Origin: Dehalococcoidia bacterium
GTDB lineage: Bacteria > Chloroflexota > Dehalococcoidia > Lucifugimonadales > JADFKI01
NCBI GenBank assembly: GCA_965214635.1
Contig: OZ243964.1
Coordinates: 1,011,575 to 1,075,574, forward strand
Length of the DNA stretch: 64,000 nucleotides
Reading direction: 5' to 3'
The notes beneath the pieces were generated by a model. It was not told where the DNA came from and did not search any database. It saw only the letters and a program-made list of their open reading frames with translations. Positions 1 through 7,157 of this stretch are shown piece after piece. Positions within the stretch are counted from its first letter, which is position 1, and each line of letters begins with the position of its first letter. Both the position numbers and the translations under genes were made by a program.

Positions 1-435
1 ATGTTGGGCAGTCGTTGGCGAGAAAATGGTAGTTGGAGCGGATGATAAGGACTCAGAGTCGCTGAAGTTTCGCAAGCTGACAGGTGCTTACCTACTAACA
101 GATAACGGTATTGAGAAGATTCATCAAAGGTCCAGTTACTGGTGATCCGGAGAAGTCAGTGACTTTAGTCTTTCACCCATGACACTCAATTCGACACATC
201 ACAAATCTGATCGGCAGATGGGTTGGTCTTTGGATAGATATATGCGTCTTATTGGGTGTAGGTATGCAGCTCTTTGCTCTTGCAACGTGACAGATTACGA
301 AATCGTATCAGTATCTGCGTGATTCGTTCACTCAAATGTCCATTCGCTTCCATAGTCACTATATGGTGTGGCTTATGCGAAAGGGCGAACCTGACTCGTT
401 TGGGTTTCTTTAGTGCCGAAAAAATGGCGATTTTT

Positions 436-711
436 AGTCCGAGAAGCTTGAATATCAACACACATTAGACTTTTTCGCCGGGTCAGGTACCACAGGGCAC
501 GCGGTCATGTCTCGAAATGTAAAGGATGGTGGCAACCGTCGGTATATCCAAGTTCAATTGCCGGAGCGACTCGATCCCAAGAAAAAAAGAGCAAAGAATA
601 GCAGTTGAATACTTAGAAGAGATTCACAAGCCTCTCAATATCGCTGAAATCACCAAAGATCGCTTGCGGTGCGCTGGCAAGGTAATCAAAGGGAATTATA
701 TATCTGACTAG
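436..711 (+). pseudogene. C-terminal remnant of a beta-class N6/N4 DNA methyltransferase (type III Mod-like), frameshifted
   Basis: The frame starting at 465 reads LDFFAGSGTTGHAV...RRYIQVQLPE (AdoMet motif I plus conserved tail) and stops at 606-608. The expected continuation NIAEITKDRLRCAGKVIKG lies in another frame (ORF 526..711). The switch is at an A7 run (582-588). A stop codon sits at 435-437, nine codons upstream of motif I. Confidence 0.6.
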
Positions 712-933
712 CCAAGCATGGAATCGCCTTGCCCTGAGTCGTGAGACCTACCAGCATCGCTCGGAATCTTGCATATACCACCATTCTTTCTTTGTAGGCA
801 TGTTGAGCATCACTCTAGCGATATATCATCTGATGAAGCGTCAATACGAGGCAGCATTGGTTTTGGCGGATACCGGGGGCGCTGAGTATACCCATACAGA
901 GTATCTCTGATTGTTTCTGCGTCAGCCGCGACA

Positions 934-1350
934 TTATCGACAGTGACGAAAATGGAACGGTACTGCCAGCAGTTCATGAATCCCCCTGAGTAAAATAAGG
1001 AGCGCAAGGGTGTGAGGTACTGCGATTACGAGTTGTTGGAGAGGCCGGAGGAAAAACCTATGGATGATTGGTTTCGTGGCACATAGTAACCAAAAGTTGT
1101 GAAAGTTAGGGTCGTTCTGCCATGTCCAGCAATCCGGTGAACAATCATCCGCTGAACTCATCATCAGACAGCGCGTCGACCAACACATAAAATGCCGTTG
1201 GAAGTTTGCGCTGATACTGCACAACCTTTGGACGCGGTGGAGGGTATCAATCACTTCTATCACCGCTATCAGCTCACCGTTGTCATTAAGACACGCTATG
1301 TCGGCAACCATTCGAACTCTGTCCAGAACAGCATGATGTTCAGTTGTCAC
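934..1350 (-). pseudogene. possible decayed PD-(D/E)XK/CoiA-like nuclease fragment
   Basis: The N-terminus VADIACLNDNGELIAVIEVIDT resembles the D...E-x-K strand pair. A sensible continuation (PPPRPKVVQYQRKLPTAFYVLVDALSDDEF) exists only in a different frame. The call is weak. Confidence 0.2.
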
Positions 1351-1527
1351 TGATTTGCAAGAGGATAGATTGTCCGCCGACTCGCAAAAGTGGCAAACTA
1401 AGGGTGGTAGATTGCGATACTCAGAGACTAATTCGGCCTCTTAATAGAACATTGTGTTTAGTCGCTATCACAGTATTGCTCTCACTATTTTTGACCATAT
1501 GACTATCGGTAGAAACCGAGGTACATC

Positions 1528-3354
1528 TCAACTACCGGGTATGAAAATGTGCCTTACTTCCGGCAAAGGGTCTTCCTTGGCTATGTCCACCCATCGACAT
1601 ATTACGGATGACTCAGCATATCCCTTTTGCGCCATCGACTTTGCAAGTTGGGCGCACAGAAACCTTATCGTTGGAACATAGTCAACGTCTTCATCTTCAC
1701 GATCGTATCGCAACTCTTCAATGAGGTAGGAGAGTCCCTGCAACACTAGCTGACTGATGGTTTCCCGTTGTGTTGTATCGCCGCTTTCAAACACCCAGTT
1801 GGCGACATCTAGTGCGTGTGGAAGCGCAACTCTCCGGCGTGTGGCTATCACAACGCCGATTTCTCGCACAAGGTCTTCATGGGGCGGGATGATGGCATTG
1901 GATTCAAATTCCGAAGCGGACATCCAAGACTGAAGCGTTGACATAGCAGGTTTGACTTGCAGGTCATCGTCGGAAGTAAGCCCCAGCCTTATCCAGACGG
2001 CGATTTCCTCAACACGGTCAGGCATTGCCTTAATCAGTCCAAGCATCACTGAGTAGACGAAATCTGCTTGCTGTTCGCGCATGCCTGACAACTCTAACAA
2101 CGGGTGGTGCTTACCGGCGTTCGGTACCTCTCGCATTGCAGAGACCACTTCATACAACTGCTCCGCAATATCCTTGGGGATTTCAATCTCGACCAAAGTT
2201 GAGTCTATGCCCTGGATGATTGTAGGAGGTAAGGGTCCTTTGGATGCCCTGGCGCCTTTAGATAGATTTTCAGCAACCTTAAGAACACAGTCCATGAGAT
2301 ATTTTTGCTCTTCGGAGGATAGTGGCAGTGAATACTTATGCCTATCAGACATATCAAGCGCCTTGCCGACCTGTTCGAGCACACTTCCGGCTATAGTCAT
2401 ATCTTCCCCTAAGTCTTTGTCAGTGGCTAGCCATTTCTTTCTAAATGAGCATTCGGCCTGACCGGGATTCATTTCAGGCAGCGCAAAATAGACATAATGT
2501 AAAAGCGTCGTTGAGGTCGGACTGCCGGGAATAGGGTCGTCTTTTGCCCAGAGCGCATTTGCCGCATCATCAGTTTCATCTGCCGTCAGACATCCTGCGT
2601 TTACCAGAGTGAGTAACCTAATTGCCGCTTTCCCGTGTACTCGATTATCTTCGCTATTCAGGCTACTGAGGAGAAAATTGATGACATCTCGAAATTGGTT
2701 TTCATTGTCCAAAGAACGGACATTTGCAACTTCATACTCTGACACCAACGAGCCAGGATCTTGGTAAGTGAAATTCGCTGCGAGTCCATCCTCTCCTTCA
2801 AATGGCATAGCTAGAAGACTCAATGCATGGCGAGCGCGGTGTTCGTCACAGAGGGCGTCCCACGACCTACGCAACAGGTTAGAGACGGAATGACCAAACA
2901 AGACATTTCCCCTGATGACTGAGTTCTTCAAGCAATCAAGAGCCAACTCCAGAGTAGCGGCTACCGAATCGGACGGGAGGCGCAGAACAAGACGGGATAG
3001 TACCTCTAGGGCCACGCTTGCTCGTCGAACCCAAGGGTTGATGAGAGGCGGAGTATCTGCCGTATTCAAGCGAGGAAGCGCATAGTTGATTACACTTTCG
3101 CACATCTCGGAGAGTATCCTCGCGGAATCTTCCGGTAGACGAGCAACGCGAGTGCGCGCCAGAACGCGTTCGAGTGTTTTATCGGTGTCGCTATTGCACC
3201 ATCGCAGCACAAGTCGAATAGCCAAGTCCGGGGCGGCGTCTGCCAATGCGTCCACAGCCTTGATTAGCAATCCTTGCGTTATTGATATGGGGTGAGGGGA
3301 ACTGTCGCCAGGATTGTTAGTCAGTGGCAACCCCGCAACTTCCACTAGACGCAC
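1528..3354 (-). CDS. 608-aa all-alpha, HEAT/ARM-like helical-repeat protein; partner of the upstream SIR2 gene
   Basis: Long ORF 18 nt downstream of the SIR2 stop on the same strand. The sequence is leucine-rich amphipathic helices throughout, with no catalytic motif recognised. Confidence 0.7.
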   Translation of the reverse strand: MRLVEVAGLPLTNNPGDSSPHPISITQGLLIKAVDALADAAPDLAIRLVLRWCNSDTDKTLERVLARTRVARLPEDSARILSEMCESVINYALPRLNTADTPPLINPWVRRASVALEVLSRLVLRLPSDSVAATLELALDCLKNSVIRGNVLFGHSVSNLLRRSWDALCDEHRARHALSLLAMPFEGEDGLAANFTYQDPGSLVSEYEVANVRSLDNENQFRDVINFLLSSLNSEDNRVHGKAAIRLLTLVNAGCLTADETDDAANALWAKDDPIPGSPTSTTLLHYVYFALPEMNPGQAECSFRKKWLATDKDLGEDMTIAGSVLEQVGKALDMSDRHKYSLPLSSEEQKYLMDCVLKVAENLSKGARASKGPLPPTIIQGIDSTLVEIEIPKDIAEQLYEVVSAMREVPNAGKHHPLLELSGMREQQADFVYSVMLGLIKAMPDRVEEIAVWIRLGLTSDDDLQVKPAMSTLQSWMSASEFESNAIIPPHEDLVREIGVVIATRRRVALPHALDVANWVFESGDTTQRETISQLVLQGLSYLIEELRYDREDEDVDYVPTIRFLCAQLAKSMAQKGYAESSVICRWVDIAKEDPLPEVRHIFIPGS

Positions 3355-3372
3355 GCTCCCATAAGCGGCGAC

Positions 3373-5475
3373 CTATCTATTGTATTTCTCGTTTGAAATG
3401 CGAATGCCCGTACTTCTACTAATTCCCAAGTCAAATGGAGGCGCTTCTCTTCGTTCTGCATCCCCTTCAATTCTGCGTAACAGGAGGTCTATGTCTTGCA
3501 AGGCATTGCATCTCTGCGAAGCGAGGTTATCCCACCTAGTGTGAAAATCGTGTCGATTTTCCAATGTCAATGCGGACGCCAATGCCCAACTTTCGCGCGA
3601 GGCGTTAGCGATGCTGCTGTTTCGGGCGTAATTCTCGCGGATTAGATTCAGTGCAGTTTGAACCAGTGGTCTTGATTCGTCTATCCGGCCTACCTCCGTG
3701 AGCAGAGCCGCCTTCCGAAGCATCCACATAGGATCGCAGTTGACGACTTCCCAGTTATCCAACCGTTGGTTTAGGGATTCAAAGTCCAGTGTGAAGATGT
3801 CCCAGAGACAGCCTTCATGCTTAATACGATGACTCACATCGATATAGTCGTTGGTGAATTGCTTCAATCTGTCGAGACGCTGTTCGAATAGCGCACGCTT
3901 GCAATCCATTCGTGCAACTGTAACGAGTGCAAGCCCTATAGCCCTCCATGCTTCTCGGATGTCGGTCCAATCACTACTCGCATCTGCAACGCCGTCTATT
4001 GTGCGCTTCTCGCAGTCTATGGAATTCAAGACTTCCTGTGCTTTTGCCTCAAGGTTCGGAGTGAGTGGCTCGAGCAGTATTTCTCGCTGCCAGATCAGTT
4101 CACGAACGGCGTATAGTCGCTCTACTGGGGTGAGTCTAGGCAAAGCATTTAGGATTGCCGGTTCCCAACTATAGATGTGCCGCCTGAGTCTTTCTCGCTC
4201 GTGCCCTGAAGGAAACGCCAACCAACCCGGATACAATAGCCTATTGTGCTTCCAAACTTTGATAGTTTCCCTGCCTCGCTCTGATTCTTCCTTTTCATCG
4301 AACAGGTTTGTACTGTTTCGATTCCATTCGGGTTGTTTTTGAGGGACGGCAGATACGAGTTCCTGAACAGGTTGAAGCAACTCGGGTACATCTCGCTTAT
4401 CTTGGACAGGAGGCGAAGGCCAAGTCGTCTGGTCATAAGGCTTTCCATTTTCCAGTGTGTGTAGCACCCATATCGTTGCGTATTCATGACGCAAGTGTTC
4501 GGGCCACTGATGAGCCTGCGGATGACGAGCAAGGTCGATGGGAACGATGCCCCGATCTTCCATCATACGCCGTCTGTGAATGGATAGGTCGAGCCAGCCG
4601 GCTAAGTATATCTTCGGCGCGGCGGCACCTAGATTGTCGCGTACCCAGCCTGACCATTGCAGAAAGTTCGGGTCGTCGCCGGAGAAGCCTATGAGACAGA
4701 AAACGGTCTCCATCAGCGCCTGCTGCACGGTATTCACGAACGGAGCGTACTCCGTAGGATATGTTCTGTAGTCTTCCTGAGTGAATATGAGCGGGAATTG
4801 CGATGGAAGGGACCCGTGCAGCTTCACGATGCGCGGCTGACTCTTGAGTGGAAGTTCATAGGAGTTTTGAACTACACTGTACGCGCGCTCAGTTATCGCG
4901 GTTCGCTCCAATAGCGTGTCCCAGTTTGTCGTGAACACATCGCGCCAGGGAAGACGCAATAGGCGTCGATGCACATCACCGGGATTAAACTCATTATCTC
5001 TGACGAGTTCTTGCAAGAACTTGTGTAGGTCGTTGCGACCGAAGCCCGTCTCGTATTCTTGTGCCAGTCTCAGCGCATCGTAATCTGGTCTCGTGTCCAG
5101 AGATGTATTTTGCGACCCGTCGTTTGTGTACTGCGGATATAGCCTATGAAACATCTCTCTTGCGATGTCCCGCCATAGAGGAATACTGTTCCCATCCGGT
5201 TGTGTGGGTTTTGCACTCCTACTGAAGCCGGCTCCGACCATAATCGACGCCCTACCGTTAGGTTGCTCCCATAAGGCATCTCGCACCCGGTTGATATGGC
5301 TCTGGTCTGGGAAAGACGAGAATTGAGACAACAACCCGGCTCCTGTAATTCCACGATACATCGGATAGAGACGATTTCGGGGTGTGCTTCTAGCCCCGAA
5401 CACTGGTCGGCCATCATTGCCCTCACCACCCCAATGCCCGCTAATCGAGCTTGAATGGCTCGTAGGTGAGATCAA
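3373..5475 (-). CDS. SIR2-like (SIR2_2 / defence-associated sirtuin type) protein with ~380-aa helical C-terminal domain
   Basis: Motifs IMVGAGFS, FTTNWDTLLER (catalytic Asn), IVKLHGS (catalytic His) and LIGFSGDDPNF. The track start at 5475 is TTG and overlaps the hsdR remnant, so ATG at 5361 (MYRGITG) is a plausible true start. Confidence 0.85.
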   Translation of the reverse strand: MISPTSHSSSISGHWGGEGNDGRPVFGARSTPRNRLYPMYRGITGAGLLSQFSSFPDQSHINRVRDALWEQPNGRASIMVGAGFSRSAKPTQPDGNSIPLWRDIAREMFHRLYPQYTNDGSQNTSLDTRPDYDALRLAQEYETGFGRNDLHKFLQELVRDNEFNPGDVHRRLLRLPWRDVFTTNWDTLLERTAITERAYSVVQNSYELPLKSQPRIVKLHGSLPSQFPLIFTQEDYRTYPTEYAPFVNTVQQALMETVFCLIGFSGDDPNFLQWSGWVRDNLGAAAPKIYLAGWLDLSIHRRRMMEDRGIVPIDLARHPQAHQWPEHLRHEYATIWVLHTLENGKPYDQTTWPSPPVQDKRDVPELLQPVQELVSAVPQKQPEWNRNSTNLFDEKEESERGRETIKVWKHNRLLYPGWLAFPSGHERERLRRHIYSWEPAILNALPRLTPVERLYAVRELIWQREILLEPLTPNLEAKAQEVLNSIDCEKRTIDGVADASSDWTDIREAWRAIGLALVTVARMDCKRALFEQRLDRLKQFTNDYIDVSHRIKHEGCLWDIFTLDFESLNQRLDNWEVVNCDPMWMLRKAALLTEVGRIDESRPLVQTALNLIRENYARNSSIANASRESWALASALTLENRHDFHTRWDNLASQRCNALQDIDLLLRRIEGDAERREAPPFDLGISRSTGIRISNEKYNR

Positions 5476-5640
5476 AGACCCGACTGTTTAGCCAATCGCG
5501 AAAACCGGCGTTCTCGGTGTACTGCTTGTACAGTTCCGTGTTACAGCGCACCATGTCTGTGATCCGGCGGCATATGGCAGCGTCGTGCTCAATCCGCGCG
5601 TTCTGCCGGTCCGAGTTGAGCATGGCGTTGTGGTAGGCTG
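5441..5640 (-). pseudogene. hsdR: probable C-terminal remnant of type I restriction subunit HsdR
   Basis: The frame reads ...ARIEHDAAICRRITDMVRCNTELYKQYTENAGFRDWLNSRVFDLTYE, which resembles the conserved extreme C-terminus of HsdR proteins. It is offset by one frame from the hsdS fragment. No helicase or nuclease part is present. Confidence 0.35.
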
Positions 5641-6101
5641 CGCTGGTAAGCAGTGGTCTTGCTTTGTAAAACTCGAAAGAGATAGACGCCGTTTAGCGTT
5701 GCCTGCAAGGGTCGCAGCAATGCTAGGTGGTAACCGCAAACCAAATCCTGTGCCGCATATTCGACAAATGCAGGCACTCCGATGTCAGTCCATACTTCGG
5801 AATCCTTTGTAATCAGGACATCGCCTGTTTCCAGCCTAAAGCGCTCTATTTCATTTAGGGTTGCAGTGGCGCGCATGAATCTGATGTTATGGGTAATACG
5901 GTCGTTGTTATAAACATCAACATAGTTACAAAGCTGGACTGGAATCTCGCCGTCTTTGGCGTGCTTGTCAACGTTGCTCACCCTTATATCTACTATACTT
6001 CGCATTCGCCGCACCTCCCAATGTGCCGGCACATCTCCCAGCCATGGGACGCTCGATGTCCTGTACTTTGGGTATGCAGGAATCATCTTTTTGATTTTCA
6101 T
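5589..6101 (-). pseudogene. hsdS: type I R-M specificity subunit HsdS, truncated after the first target-recognition domain
   Basis: VPWLGDVPAHWEV...GDVLITKDSEVWTDIGVPAFV...DLVCGYHLALLRP...YLFRVLQS is typical HsdS TRD sequence. The ORF then runs into unrelated sequence and stops, with no central or second TRD. ATG at 6101 overlaps the TIR stop as ATGA. Confidence 0.65.
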
Positions 6102-6658
6102 GATGACCACCCGTATGAACAGTTACCGCTCCGGTTGCGGCTGTATTGCCGGCGGCTGTTGTTGGGCGGTGTTCCACCTCGCCTCTGAAATGCGGTGTGG
6201 ATCCAATTTCTGATGGAGTTGCCATCTTGTGTCCAGTGGTATATCCGGGCGAAAGGATCGTTGCCGTTACAGTTGTCCGCTAGTCGTGGTGGGATAAGTC
6301 TTGGGTTATATGTCCTGTGCCGATAGTTGGCGTGGCTAGGCAGTAATATGCCGAGCAGTCCGCATCTTGAGTTCAATCGCGTGTCTCGCAAGCTGGAGCC
6401 GATTTCCCAATCAACGTGCTTGCGCTGCCAAGTGCAAGGGCCGATGAGCACCACCGTGACGGTTGCGTCTCTGATGAATCGGTCCCTGATGTACTGGCGG
6501 ATTGTCTCTGTGGCGAGGTTTTCGTCGTCGATGTCGCCATCCTCTACTGATTGGTCAACCATGTCGTTGTCCATGAACTGCACAAACCGATCTTTGTAGG
6601 CTTGGTCAGCGTGATGGAAGCTGACGAAAACTTTATGCCTCGGTGCTTGTTGGTACAA
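6098..6658 (-). CDS. TIR-like domain protein (DUF1863 / ThsB-like)
   Basis: HKVFVSFHHADQAYKDRF...ATVTVVLIGPCTWQRKHVDWEIGSSL...LLGILLP...IPPRLADN...YHW matches the MTH538/DUF1863 TIR-like pattern, including the conserved Glu. The TTG start is preceded by AAGGAG 6 nt upstream, inside the 3' end of the previous gene. Confidence 0.8.
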   Translation of the reverse strand: MYQQAPRHKVFVSFHHADQAYKDRFVQFMDNDMVDQSVEDGDIDDENLATETIRQYIRDRFIRDATVTVVLIGPCTWQRKHVDWEIGSSLRDTRLNSRCGLLGILLPSHANYRHRTYNPRLIPPRLADNCNGNDPFARIYHWTQDGNSIRNWIHTAFQRRGGTPPNNSRRQYSRNRSGNCSYGWSS

Positions 6659-7157
6659 GTGGTTCTCCTTTTGGGTCTTGTGGGTCAGGGAATCCAGTTA
6701 CTCCAGCGATTTTCTGCAGTTGCTCGACGTAATTCAGCAAGTGTTTTTGTAGTTCTGCAAGCTCGGTTCGGAACTCCTGTTGTTTCAACTTGTCGTTGAA
6801 GGCACCAGATAGGGCTTCACGGTGCCATTTGGTAGTAAATGGGCGCACTCCCTGGTTCAGCATGGCGATGGCTACCTTACCGCACTCATTAGCCGGCTGT
6901 CCGTGTCGCCGGAGTATTTCACGAGTAGTCGGGAATAACGAGTACAAGCTATGTAGGGCTGTACTTTCGTCACCGCTTTCATCACCCATTGGTTGGGTGA
7001 CTACAGTAGTAGCCATCTCGACATACAGCTCCCAAGCAGCAAGTTTATCAGCGTCCTTGAACGAAGCAGTCCAGGAAATTGAGGCCGTTCCGGGCAAGCT
7101 CAACCGCACTGTCATTGACTGCGAATGTACTCGCCTGAATAGATTTGGCATCTTCAT
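6633..7157 (-). CDS. hypothetical 174-aa soluble helical protein, translationally coupled between hsdM and the TIR gene
   Basis: ATG 7157 overlaps the hsdM stop as ATGA, and the 3' end overlaps the TIR start by 26 nt. No TM segments and no recognised domain. Confidence 0.65.
   Translation of the reverse strand: MKMPNLFRRVHSQSMTVRLSLPGTASISWTASFKDADKLAAWELYVEMATTVVTQPMGDESGDESTALHSLYSLFPTTREILRRHGQPANECGKVAIAMLNQGVRPFTTKWHREALSGAFNDKLKQQEFRTELAELQKHLLNYVEQLQKIAGVTGFPDPQDPKGEPLVPTSTEA

Noticed and set aside
1528-5475. SIR2 gene plus downstream partner as a SPARSA system (SIR2-APAZ + short pAgo)
   Set aside because: The gene order and sizes are reminiscent. However, the 608-aa protein looks all-alpha, with no MID 5'-phosphate pocket-like or PIWI/RNase H-like alpha/beta pattern that I can recognise. 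This needs a profile search to be fully excluded.
3373-5475. SIR2 protein as canonical Thoeris ThsA
   Set aside because: No SLOG-like (or Macro) nucleotide-sensing region is recognisable after the SIR2 domain, and the C-terminus looks like helical repeats. The idea is kept only as a low-probability variant in the findings.
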